Under the pieces are notes generated by a model, which worked only from the letters and a program-made list of their open reading frames with translations, did no database searches and had not been told where the DNA came from. A stretch of 40,550 nucleotides of DNA from Methylovirgula sp. Its GTDB lineage: Bacteria > Pseudomonadota > Alphaproteobacteria > Rhizobiales > Beijerinckiaceae. Position numbers and translations under genes: made by a program. Numbering within the stretch: the first letter of the stretch is position 1; each line of letters starts with the position of its first letter. Where the stretch lies: assembly GCA_030036945.1 (NCBI GenBank), contig JASHSB010000096.1, positions 1-40,550 of the forward strand, in the 5' to 3' direction. Positions 10,687-19,440 of this stretch are shown piece by piece.

Positions 10687-11319
10687 ATGACTTCGATGGC
10701 GGATGAAATTGGCACCACGACAGCGCGCCCGCGCGTGCTGGACTGGGCAGAGATCCCCATCGATACAGTAGAGCTCGCGCGTTTTCTCATCGGCAAAATG
10801 CTTGTGCGCGTATTAGCCGATGGCGTGGCGGCCGGCCGGATCGTCGAGACCGAGGCATATGTCATCGGCGACTCCGCGGGTCATGCCTATCGTGGCATCA
10901 CCCCGCGCAATCGGACGCTTTTCCTCGAGCGCGGGCACGCCTATATCTATCTCGCCTATGGCAGCTCGTTCATGCTGAACGTCTCGAGCGAAACATCAGG
11001 CGTGGGCGCGGGGGTCTTGATCAGGGCAATCGAGCCTACCGACGGCATCGCGATCATGCAGCGAAACCGCGGCACCGAGCGCGTGCGGGACTTGGCGCGG
11101 GGCCCGGGACGGCTGACCGCGGCCCTGGAGATCGATCGCCAACTGGACGGGATCGATCTTTGTCGGGCCGGCCCGCTGTGGCTCGGATCCGACGGTCGGG
11201 CATCCGATAAAATCGCTTTAAGCAAACGGATCGGCATTCGACACGCAGCCAACAGGCTGCTGCGATTCTATGTTCGCGGCAATCGGTTCGTCAGCGGTCC
11301 GCAGGTGCTTAATAGATGA
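10687..11319 (+). CDS. mpg: DNA-3-methyladenine glycosylase (AAG/Mpg family)
   Basis: GRIVETEAY, HAYIYLAYG, GVLIRAIEP, GPGRLTAAL and SKRIGI motifs. The start is uncertain (10687, 10696, or the in-frame mutL-derived ATG at 10489). Confidence 0.92.
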   Translation: MTSMADEIGTTTARPRVLDWAEIPIDTVELARFLIGKMLVRVLADGVAAGRIVETEAYVIGDSAGHAYRGITPRNRTLFLERGHAYIYLAYGSSFMLNVSSETSGVGAGVLIRAIEPTDGIAIMQRNRGTERVRDLARGPGRLTAALEIDRQLDGIDLCRAGPLWLGSDGRASDKIALSKRIGIRHAANRLLRFYVRGNRFVSGPQVLNR

Positions 11320-11399
11320 GAGACCCGACCTTGCGGTCTTGATGGAAGCGCCTTCTCCGAGGCTCGTGTGTCGCATCGAGCTGGGCAAGGAGTACGAGT

Positions 11400-12350
11400 G
11401 TGGCAGACCCGGATGCGCTTCGCTATATGACAATACCTCTCGCCCACGGATCTGGCGCCATGCCGGCCCTCGGCTTTGGCACGTTGATCCCCGATCCTCT
11501 AGTGACCGAGCAGGCGACGAAGACGGCATTGGAAGTGGGATTTCGGCATCTCGATTGTTCGGAGCGCTACCGCAACGAAGACGCCGTCGGCAGGGCGATG
11601 CAGCAGGTATTCAAGGCGGGGAAAATTCAGCGAAAGGATGTCTTCGTCACCACAAAGCTCTGGAACAACAACCATCGTCCGGAGCGGGTCCTGCCGGCCT
11701 TCGAAGCTAGTCTGCGGCGCCTGCAGCTTGACCATGTCGATTGCTATTTGATCCACACCCCATTTGCCTTTCAGCCGGGCGACGAACAGGATCCGAGGGA
11801 TAAGCAGGGCCGGGTTATTTACGATACCGGAGTAACTTTGGCAGACACATGGCGAGCGCTGGAGCGCCTGGTGGATGACGGCAGATGTAAGTCAATCGGT
11901 TTGTCGGATATCGGCCTGGAGCAATTGCAAGACATCGTTGCAGTTGCGCGGATCAAACCCGCTGTGGCGCAGGTCGAATCCCATCCGTATCTTCCCGAGT
12001 GGGAGTTGCTCGAATTTTGTCGCCAACAAGGGATCGTCCTCCTCGCATTTGCGGCGCTGGGGCATGCGATACAGCCAAGAGTTACGGAAGATCCGATCAT
12101 CGCGGCCATCGCGCGGCGCGTCCACAAGACCCCCGCTCAAGTTGTTCTGGCCTGGGCCGTGCAACGCGGTACCGCTCTCCTGACCACCTCCGCCTTGCCT
12201 CAGCATTTACAAGAGAACTTTGAGATTTCGAGCTTGCCTGAGGACGCCATGCAGGAAATCCGGGACGGTCTCACGACCAGAGTCCGCTTCAACCCGGTGG
12301 TCGAAACCGGCGTACCTGGATTCATTCCTCGGACTAACCGCCCTGGATGA
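11400..12350 (+). CDS. Aldo/keto reductase
   Basis: MPALGFGT, GFRHLDCSERY, VFVTTKLW, DCYLIH (D-Y-K-H tetrad) and QVESHPY. AAGGAG RBS before the GTG. Confidence 0.93.
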   Translation: MADPDALRYMTIPLAHGSGAMPALGFGTLIPDPLVTEQATKTALEVGFRHLDCSERYRNEDAVGRAMQQVFKAGKIQRKDVFVTTKLWNNNHRPERVLPAFEASLRRLQLDHVDCYLIHTPFAFQPGDEQDPRDKQGRVIYDTGVTLADTWRALERLVDDGRCKSIGLSDIGLEQLQDIVAVARIKPAVAQVESHPYLPEWELLEFCRQQGIVLLAFAALGHAIQPRVTEDPIIAAIARRVHKTPAQVVLAWAVQRGTALLTTSALPQHLQENFEISSLPEDAMQEIRDGLTTRVRFNPVVETGVPGFIPRTNRPG

Positions 12351-12372
12351 TGTTTCGGTGAGCACGCCCTCG

Positions 12373-12448
12373 GCCAAACGCGTTACCAAGCCTCCTCGGC
12401 GATAGTTCGCTTCTCGTTGCGGTGGTCGGCCGGCTGGCGGGGATGTAG
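12373..12448 (+). pseudogene. Degenerate duplicate of the 3' end of the second M16 gene
   Basis: Reads AKRVTK/(frameshift)LLGDSSLLVAVVGRLAGM*, compared with AKRAARRLFGDGALLVTVAGRPAGM* at 9129-9206. Confidence 0.8.
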
Positions 12449-12455
12449 ATTGCCG

Positions 12456-12492
12456 CCCCTCTCCCCATTCGCTTGGCTCATGGGGAGAGGGG
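12456..12492. repeat. REP-like hairpin upstream of mutL
   Basis: CCCCTCTCCCCAT-TCGCTTGGCTC-ATGGGGAGAGGGG, with nearly the same loop as 10438-10472. Confidence 0.85.
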
Positions 12493-12506
12493 AGATCAGC
12501 GCCGCC

Positions 12507-14285
12507 ATGCCTGTCCGCCGCCTCGATCCCATGCTCGTCGATCGCATCGCCGCCGGCGAAGTGGTCGAGCGGCCGGCCTCGGCGGTGAAGGAACTCGTCG
12601 AGAACGCGCTCGACGCGGGCGCGCGCCGCATCGAGGTCGCGATCGAAGCGGGCGGCAAACAGTTGATCCGCGTCATCGACGACGGCAGCGGAATGAGCGC
12701 CGCCGATCTCGCACTCGCCGTCGAGCGCCACGCCACGTCGAAATTGCCGGACGGCGATCTCGGCGCAATCGCGACGCTGGGTTTTCGCGGCGAGGCGCTG
12801 CCGTCGATCGGCTCGGTCGCGAACCTTATGATCACGACGCGCGGCGAAGGCGCGTCGCAAGGCAGCGCGATCCGCGTCGAGCACGGCCGCAAAGGCGCGC
12901 TGCGGCCGGTCGCGCAGCCGCAGGGTACGCGCGTCGAAGTGCGCGAATTGTTCGCGGCGACGCCGGCGCGGCTCAAATTCTTGAAGAGCGAGCGCACGGA
13001 GAGCCAAGCCGTCGCCGACGCGATCCAACGCCTCGCCATGGCGTATCCGCGAGTGCGGTTCACGCTCTCGGGCACGGGAATCGCGGGATTCGATTACCTG
13101 CCTTGCGCGGCGAACGACGCGGGGCTTTTGGAACGCCTCACGCAGATCCTCGGCAAAGAGTTCCGCGCCAATGCGCTGCCGGTCGATGCCGCGCGGCAAG
13201 GCATCCGCCTTTCCGGCTTTACCGGCCTGCCGACCTGGCATCGCGCCAACGCGACGGGGCAATATTTCTTCGTCAACGGCCGGCCGGTGCGCGACAAGCT
13301 TTTTGCCGGCGCGATCCGTGCCGCCTATGTCGATCATCTGCCCGCCGGCCGCTATCCTGCGGTGGTTCTGTTCGTCACCTGCGATTTCGGCGAGGTGGAC
13401 GTCAACGTGCATCCGGCAAAAGCGGAAGTGCGCTTCCGCGATCCGGGTCTGGTGCGCGGATTGTTGATCGGCGCGTTGAAACAGGCGCTCGGCGCGGCGC
13501 TCTATCGCGCGACGCCTTCGCTCGGCGCGGCCGCGATCGATGGGATCGCACACCGCTCGATGAGCGACGGCGCGGGGCGGCGCGGCGAATGGCACGCGGA
13601 CCTGTCGCCCGCCAATCCGGGATTTGCCGAGGAGCAGGCGCATTTCGACGGATTTATGCCGCGTGCCGACGCGCGGACCGCCGATCCGCAGGACATGGAT
13701 GCTGCGCCGCTCGGCGCGGCGCGCGCGCAGCTGCACGAAACGTACATCATCGCGCAGACACGGGACGGAATCGTCATCGTCGATCAGCATGCCGCGCACG
13801 AACGGCTCGTCTATGAACGGCTGAAAGCAGCGCGCGCCAAGAAGAGCGTCGAACGCCAGCCGCTGCTCATCCCGGCGGTCGTCGAATTGGAGGAAACGGC
13901 GGTGGCGCGGCTCCTCGACGCGGTGCCGCTGCTCAGCGAATTTGGACTTATGGTCGAGCCGTTCGGGCCGGGCGCGGTGTTGCTGCGCGAACAGCCAAGC
14001 CTCATCGAACGCCTCGATCCGGGATGCCTGCTGCGCGATCTCGCCGATGCGCTCGCCGAGGACGAGCGCGGCGCCGCGCCGCTCGAACGCTGCCTCGACC
14101 GCGTACTGGCAACGCTTGCCTGCCATTATTCGGTGCGCGCCGGACGGCGACTGCTGCCCGAAGAAATGAACGCGCTGTTGCGCGAAATGGAGCGGACGCC
14201 CGGCACCGGCCAGTGCAACCACGGCCGTCCGACTTATATCGAACTGAAGCTTGCCGACATCGAGCGGCTGTTTGGACGCAAATAG
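12507..14285 (+). CDS. mutL: DNA mismatch repair endonuclease MutL
   Basis: IAAGEVVERPASAVKELVENALDAGA, GFRGEALPSI, endonuclease motif DQHAAHER and CNHGRPT. Confidence 0.98.
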   Translation: MPVRRLDPMLVDRIAAGEVVERPASAVKELVENALDAGARRIEVAIEAGGKQLIRVIDDGSGMSAADLALAVERHATSKLPDGDLGAIATLGFRGEALPSIGSVANLMITTRGEGASQGSAIRVEHGRKGALRPVAQPQGTRVEVRELFAATPARLKFLKSERTESQAVADAIQRLAMAYPRVRFTLSGTGIAGFDYLPCAANDAGLLERLTQILGKEFRANALPVDAARQGIRLSGFTGLPTWHRANATGQYFFVNGRPVRDKLFAGAIRAAYVDHLPAGRYPAVVLFVTCDFGEVDVNVHPAKAEVRFRDPGLVRGLLIGALKQALGAALYRATPSLGAAAIDGIAHRSMSDGAGRRGEWHADLSPANPGFAEEQAHFDGFMPRADARTADPQDMDAAPLGAARAQLHETYIIAQTRDGIVIVDQHAAHERLVYERLKAARAKKSVERQPLLIPAVVELEETAVARLLDAVPLLSEFGLMVEPFGPGAVLLREQPSLIERLDPGCLLRDLADALAEDERGAAPLERCLDRVLATLACHYSVRAGRRLLPEEMNALLREMERTPGTGQCNHGRPTYIELKLADIERLFGRK

Positions 14286-14294
14286 TAGCGCGCA

Positions 14295-14487
14295 ACCCTC
14301 TCCCTGTGGGGGAGGGTAGTCGGCCATAGGGCGCGCTACGTGCACCCGTCGTATTGTATGCCCTGCGCTTGCGCAGGGCTATGGCCGACAGGGTTAGGGG
14401 TTACGATGCTGCAAGTCGAATTCGATTGTAACCTCTCATCCGCCCCCGGATTTAATCCGGGGGCACCTTCTCCCCCAGAGAGAAGGA
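14295..14487. repeat. Composite REP-like palindromic repeat between mutL and purD
   Basis: Hairpins ACCCTCTCCC-TGT-GGGGGAGGGT, GCCCTGCGC-TT-GCGCAGGGC, GCCCCCGGATT-T-AATCCGGGGGC and CCTTCTC...GAGAAGG. Confidence 0.8.
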
Positions 14488-14506
14488 TCATCCGTAAGGG
14501 CTCCTC

Positions 14507-15778
14507 GTGAACGTTCTCCTTCTCGGCTCGGGCGGTCGCGAACACGCGCTCGCCAATGCTCTGGCGAAAAGTCCGTTGCTGGGCACGTTGTTTGCCGCGC
14601 CCGGCAATCCGGGTATCGCGCAGGTCGCCAAGACCGTCGCGCTCGATCCTTGCGACGAAGCCGCGGTCGTCGATTTCTGCCGGGTGATGAACATCGGTTT
14701 TGTGGTGGTCGGTCCCGAGACGCCGCTCGTCGCGGGCATCGTCGATGCGCTCGAAGCGGCGGGCGTCAAAGCGTTAGGGCCAAGCCGCGCGGCGGCGCAA
14801 CTCGAAGGCTCGAAAGGCTTCGCCAAAGAGCTTTGCCGGCGTTGTGGCATTCCGACCGCCGCCTATGCGCGGTTCACAGAGGCGGGCACGGCGAAAGCCT
14901 ATCTTCGCGCGCAAGGCACACCGGTCGTCGTGAAAACCGACGGACTTGCCGCCGGTAAGGGAGTAATCGTGGCGCAAAGTGTCGAAGAAGCCGAGGCCGC
15001 GGTCGATCAGATGCTGGGCGGCGGTTTCGGCGCGGCGGGGCGTTCGATCCTCGTCGAGGAATATCTCGAAGGCGAAGAGGTCTCGTTTTTCGTGCTCTGC
15101 GACGGCAGCCGCGCGCTGCCATTTGCCTCGGCGCAGGACCATAAGCGCGTCGGCGAGGGCGACACTGGGCCGAACACCGGCGGCATGGGCGCCTATTCGC
15201 CCGCCCCCATCATGGATCAGGCGCTGACAGAGCGGGTGATGGCCGAGATAGTCGATCCCGCCTTGCACGGCATGGCTGAAATGAGCGCGCCGTTCAAAGG
15301 CGTGCTATTCGCCGGTTTGATGATTACGAGCGACGGGCCGAAGCTCATCGAGTTCAACGTACGCTTTGGCGATCCGGAAGCGCAGGCAATCCTGCCGCGG
15401 CTCGACGGCGATCTTCTGGCGCTGCTGCTGGCCTGTGCCGAAGGGCGGCTCAGCGCGCAAGCGCCGACCTTCTCCGCGCAAAGCGCGCTGACCGTCGTGC
15501 TCGCCGCGCGCGGCTATCCTGGCACGCCGCAAAAAGGCACGGAGATCCGCGGGCTCGAAAAAGCCGAAGCGCTACCCGGCGTGATCGTCACGCAGGCCGG
15601 GACGCGGCGTGAGAGTTCGCGACTTATTGCCAACGGCGGCCGCGTGTTGAATGTCACGGGTCTTGGCGCGACGCTCACCGAGGCACGGGAGCGCGCCTAT
15701 GCGGGCGTCGATGCGATCGATTGGCCTGCCGGCTTCTGGCGCTGCGACATCGGCTGGCGAGCGCTGAAGGGCGAATAA
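14507..15778 (+). CDS. purD: Phosphoribosylamine-glycine ligase
   Basis: LLGSGGREHALA, LEGSKGFAK, GLAAGKGV, QDHKR..GPNTGGMGAYSP and EFNVRFGDPE. Confidence 0.98.
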   Translation: MNVLLLGSGGREHALANALAKSPLLGTLFAAPGNPGIAQVAKTVALDPCDEAAVVDFCRVMNIGFVVVGPETPLVAGIVDALEAAGVKALGPSRAAAQLEGSKGFAKELCRRCGIPTAAYARFTEAGTAKAYLRAQGTPVVVKTDGLAAGKGVIVAQSVEEAEAAVDQMLGGGFGAAGRSILVEEYLEGEEVSFFVLCDGSRALPFASAQDHKRVGEGDTGPNTGGMGAYSPAPIMDQALTERVMAEIVDPALHGMAEMSAPFKGVLFAGLMITSDGPKLIEFNVRFGDPEAQAILPRLDGDLLALLLACAEGRLSAQAPTFSAQSALTVVLAARGYPGTPQKGTEIRGLEKAEALPGVIVTQAGTRRESSRLIANGGRVLNVTGLGATLTEARERAYAGVDAIDWPAGFWRCDIGWRALKGE

Positions 15779-15794
15779 TTCCCTTGTAACTTGA

Positions 15795-15961
15795 ACATTG
15801 CCGGATCTGCTAGGCTTGGCAGTGCGGTGGCAGGCGGGAGACCGTGGTTCCTGAGGGACACCAAGCCCGTGGGAGAGCGAGGGTCTTCGCCTGCCGTTTC
15901 ATCGAACCCGAACAGTCGCTTGGGCCGCTCGCGAAGCCCGGTTGCGCAAGGATGGGATCCG
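15795..15961 (+). ncRNA. Putative bridge RNA of IS110 copy 2 (ends approximate)
   Basis: 5' hairpin CATTGCC/GGCAGTG. Stem GGCAGGCGGGAGACC/GGTCTTCGCCTGCC encloses GTGGTTCCT (15844-15852) and GGGAGAG (15871-15877, reverse complement of CTCTCCC). Donor loop has ACAGTCGCT (15912-15920) and GCAAG (15946-15950). Confidence 0.78.
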
Positions 15962-16899
15962 ATGGACGCGATTTATGTTGGCATCGATGTTTCGAAAGAC
16001 CGGTTGGATGTCGCGAGCCGCCCGGACGGGGCGAGTTTTGCCGTCAGCCGTACAGGCTCTGGGATTGACGAATTGATCGAACGGCTGAAGTCGCTCTCGA
16101 TCCAACTGGTGGCGATCGAGGCCACGGGCGGCTTCGAAACTGTGGTGGCGCCCGGCTTGGCCGGCGCTAGTCTGCCGATCGTAATGGTCAATCCGGCGCG
16201 AGTGCGAGCCTTCGCGCCGGCCCTTGGCAAGCGCGCCAAAACCGATCCGATCGATGCCGCCGTAATCGCGCACTCCGCCGAAGCCACCAAACCGCAGCTT
16301 CGACAACTCCCCGACGCGACAACACAGTTGCTCGCCGAGCTTGTCACCCGCCGGCGGCAGATCGTCGAGATGATCGCGGCGGCAAGCCAGCGCGCCCGCC
16401 ACATCAGCGTGCCGCGCCTGAAGAATAGCATTGCCAGACTGCGCAAGGCTTTGCAGAAGGAATTGTCCGAACTGGACGATGATATCTCCGACCACGTGCG
16501 CGGCTCGCCGGCCTGGGCCGAAAAGGAAGACCTGCTCGCCTCGGTGCCCGGCATCGGTCCGACCATCGCGCGCCCCTGATTGCCGAACTGCCGGAACTTG
16601 GATCGCTCGACCGCCGGCAGATCGCAGCCCTGGCCGGTCTCGCACCATGGACTCGGCAATCCGGCAAATGGCACGGCAAAAGCTGCATCGGCGGCGGCCG
16701 GTCGAGCGTGCGCCGCGTCCTGTTCATGAGCGCCATGGTCGCGGCACGTCACAACCCAACCTCGAAGCTGTTCCGCAATAAGCTGGTTGGCGCCGGCAAA
16801 AACGAACTCCTCGTAATCGTCGCCGTCGCCCGGAAACTCCTCACCATCCTCAACGCTATCTTGCGAGACAAAACCCCATGGCAACCAAAAACCGCTTGA
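15962..16899 (+). pseudogene. IS110 recombinase with a 1-nt deletion frameshift
   Basis: GIDVS/IEATGG/KTDPID frame ends at CGC CCC TGA (16579). The homologous C-terminus (LIAELPELG...RQSG...[13 protein letters not shown]) continues in the -1 frame to 16899. Confidence 0.88.
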
Positions 16900-16916
16900 C
16901 CTCAAAGACAGTCCCT

Positions 16917-17048
16917 CTCCCCATGAGCGGCAGCGAATGGGGGAGAGGGTCAGGGTGAGGGGCTGGGTGATTTGCTTCAATGTCGTAACTAATCTCTCCG
17001 CCCCTAACCCGACCCTTTCTCCATTCGCTGCGCTCACGGGGAAAAGGG
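16917..17048. repeat. Composite inverted REP-like unit (target of IS110 copy 2)
   Basis: Hairpin-GGGTGAGGGGC-spacer-GCCCCTAACCC-hairpin, the same architecture as the unit at 9210-10472, including GATTTGC in the spacer. Confidence 0.85.
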
Positions 17049-17600
17049 CCGCACGCCGAGAATGAGGATCTTCGTATCCCCATAAACGCGCGTTTCGAGG
17101 ACGCGATAGCCATCGGGCACGATCAGTTCGGCCTGCGTCGCTTCCTCGACGACGATCAGCGCGCCCGATAGAAGCCAGCCGCCATCGCGCAGCGCGATCA
17201 GCGCCTGTTCGGCAAGGAACCTGCCGTAGGGCGGATCGAGAAAGGCGAGGCCGAACCGCTCGCCTTGCGGCGCTTGTCCGAGCTTCACCGCGTCGCGGCG
17301 GAAAATCTGCGTCACGCCGCCGAGGCCGAGCGCGTCGACGTTGGCGCGGATGAGCGCCCGCGCATGGCTGGCGGTCTCCACGAACAGCGCCTTGCGTGCG
17401 CCGCGCGAGAGGGCCTCGAGTCCCATCGCGCCCGTGCCGGCGTATAGATCGATGACCGCCGCGTCACCCAGCGGATCGTTATAGGCGTGCGCAAGGATGT
17501 CGAAGATCGTCTCGCGCAGCCGATCCGAGGTCGGCCGGATGGCATTGTCTTGCGGCCCTTGCAAGACGCGCCCCTTGAACCGGCCGCCGACGATGCGCAT
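17034..17600 (-). CDS. rsmD: 16S rRNA m2G966 methyltransferase
   Basis: MRIVGG, RPTSDRLRE, DLYAGTGAMGLEALSRGA and DPPY. Confidence 0.95.
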   Translation of the reverse strand: MRIVGGRFKGRVLQGPQDNAIRPTSDRLRETIFDILAHAYNDPLGDAAVIDLYAGTGAMGLEALSRGARKALFVETASHARALIRANVDALGLGGVTQIFRRDAVKLGQAPQGERFGLAFLDPPYGRFLAEQALIALRDGGWLLSGALIVVEEATQAELIVPDGYRVLETRVYGDTKILILGVRPFSP

Positions 17601-17605
17601 GGCGC

Positions 17606-18754
17606 CTAGCGAGTCCCGCCGCGCGGACGGGGAGCGCCTCTGTCCTTGCTCGCGTGGTACGGATGCGCTTTGCGGGCACGTTCCTTGCGCTTCGGCACGA
17701 CGGCGACGCGGCGCTCGACGGCGACGACGCGGCCCTTGCGGTCGGCCGTCTCGCCGCGTTCGATCCGCTGCCGCGCGCCATCCGCGTTTCGATTCTCCGC
17801 TTCGGCGCGCAAAACCCGGACATGTTTATGGGGGCGAGGCGCCGGCCGGCCTTGCGGCTTCTGCGGTTCAGTGTTCCTCGGTCGCGGGCTTCGCGCCGCG
17901 GCAGGCGGACGTTCCTGCTTCGCCGCGTGCGGAAGTTCGAGCGGCGCGTCCAGATCCGCGCTAGCTTCTTGCAAGAGGGACGGCCCCAATTGGTCGCGCA
18001 GGATGCGGGTGCGCACTTCCTCCAGTCCGCCTTCCGGAAGATCGCCAAGTTGGAACGGACCGAACGAAATCCGGATCAGCCGATTGACGCTCAACCCCAG
18101 ATGTACGAGAACACGTTTGATCTCGCGGTTTTTGCCTTCGCGCAGGCCGACCGTCAGCCAACAATTGGCACCTTGCACGCGGTCGAGCTTAGCATCGATA
18201 CCGGCGTAACGGATGCCGTCGAGTGTGAGGCCGCTTGTCAGCCGATCAAGGCTTAGTTGGTCGATGATGCCGTTGGCGCGCACGCGATAGCGCCTGAGCC
18301 AGCCGGTTGCCGGCAGTTCCAGAACGCGCGCCAGACCGCCATCGTTGGTCAGCAGCAGCAGGCCTTCCGTATTGATGTCGAGCCGCCCGACGCTGACGAG
18401 CCGCGGCGCTTCCGGGTGACACTCGCGCAGAGCATCGAAGATCGTAAGGCGCCCTTGCGGATCTTTGTTGGTCGTAACCAGCCCACGCGGCTTATGAAAC
18501 AGAAAAAGCCGGGTGCGTTGCCGGCTTCCCAGGGGTAGGCCGTCGATCTGGATCTCGTCTTGCGGGCCGACGTTGACGGCCGGGCTCGTCAGCGGCTTGC
18601 CGTTGACGGTGACGCGCCCTTCGGCAATCCAGGCCTCGGCGTCGCGGCGCGAGCAAAGCCCGGCGCGCGCCATCACCTTGGCGATCCGCTCGCCGGGGCT
18701 CTTGCCGCCGGTACGCGGAGGCCTTCTCTGACGATTGCGTTCTTTGCTGTGCAT
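17606..18754 (-). CDS. rluB: rRNA pseudouridine synthase, RluB-like
   Basis: S4 domain ERIAKVMARAGLCSRRDAE, catalytic GRLD and EGKNREIKR, with a basic low-complexity tail. Start taken at ATG 18754. Confidence 0.88.
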   Translation of the reverse strand: MHSKERNRQRRPPRTGGKSPGERIAKVMARAGLCSRRDAEAWIAEGRVTVNGKPLTSPAVNVGPQDEIQIDGLPLGSRQRTRLFLFHKPRGLVTTNKDPQGRLTIFDALRECHPEAPRLVSVGRLDINTEGLLLLTNDGGLARVLELPATGWLRRYRVRANGIIDQLSLDRLTSGLTLDGIRYAGIDAKLDRVQGANCWLTVGLREGKNREIKRVLVHLGLSVNRLIRISFGPFQLGDLPEGGLEEVRTRILRDQLGPSLLQEASADLDAPLELPHAAKQERPPAAARSPRPRNTEPQKPQGRPAPRPHKHVRVLRAEAENRNADGARQRIERGETADRKGRVVAVERRVAVVPKRKERARKAHPYHASKDRGAPRPRGGTR

Positions 18755-18795
18755 GCGGTTTGATAGCAGAATGGCGCGAGAGGAGCGAACTCGAT

Positions 18796-19239
18796 ATGAA
18801 GCCGGATCCCATGGCGGAAGCGCTCGCCGAGGCGGCCGCCGCAGGGCAGCGCGGCGAAGTGCCGGTCGGCGCGGCAATCGTCCGCGACGGGGAAGTCGTC
18901 GCGCAGGCCGGCAACCGGACGCTGGAGCGAAAAGATCCAAGCGCGCATGCCGAGCTTCTCGCCATTCGTGCCGCCTGCGAAAAGCTCGGCATGGAACGGA
19001 TTGTCGATTGCGACCTCTACGTGACTCTGGAGCCCTGCGCGATGTGCGCGGCGGCGATCTCCTTCGCGCGCCTGCACCGTCTCTATTGGGGCGCGCCTGA
19101 TCCGAAGAGCGGCGCGGTCGAGCATGGGCCGCGGTTCTTTGCACAGCCGACCTGCCACCATGCGCCCGAATGCTATGGCGGAATTCGCGCCGACGAGGCG
19201 GCTGAATTGCTCAAGCGCTTCTTCGGCGAACGGCGATAG
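18796..19239 (+). CDS. tadA: tRNA adenosine deaminase-like nucleoside deaminase
   Basis: GEVPVGA, AHAE and TLEPCAMC Zn motifs. AGGAG upstream. Confidence 0.88.
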   Translation: MKPDPMAEALAEAAAAGQRGEVPVGAAIVRDGEVVAQAGNRTLERKDPSAHAELLAIRAACEKLGMERIVDCDLYVTLEPCAMCAAAISFARLHRLYWGAPDPKSGAVEHGPRFFAQPTCHHAPECYGGIRADEAAELLKRFFGERR

Positions 19240-19440
19240 GCGCTGGAATAATCGCGGCCGCGCCATAAATTATCGAAATGACGGTCTGCCGTGCGTGGCG
19301 GCGAGCGCTTGCGCTACTTGACAGGGCATACCCCGAAGCCCACAAGAACGGCGACGTGTTTGAACCGCAAGCCCTGTGAATTATTCCGTAAATATAATGT
19401 TAGTTCAAGCACTTATACGGACGATTTCAGCGATCGGCGG

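Larger units (their letters stand above)
15785..16916 (+). mobile_element. IS110-family insertion sequence, copy 2 (distinct from copy 1, defective recombinase)
   Basis: CT core at 15783-15784 and 16915-16916. Removing it rebuilds TTCCCTCTCCCCAT, the left arm of a REP hairpin. Ends TGTAAC... and ...ACAGTCCCT resemble copy 1. Confidence 0.9.

Noticed and set aside
19318-19346. TTGACA upstream of ispH as a promoter
   Set aside because: No convincing -10 element at 16-18 bp spacing.
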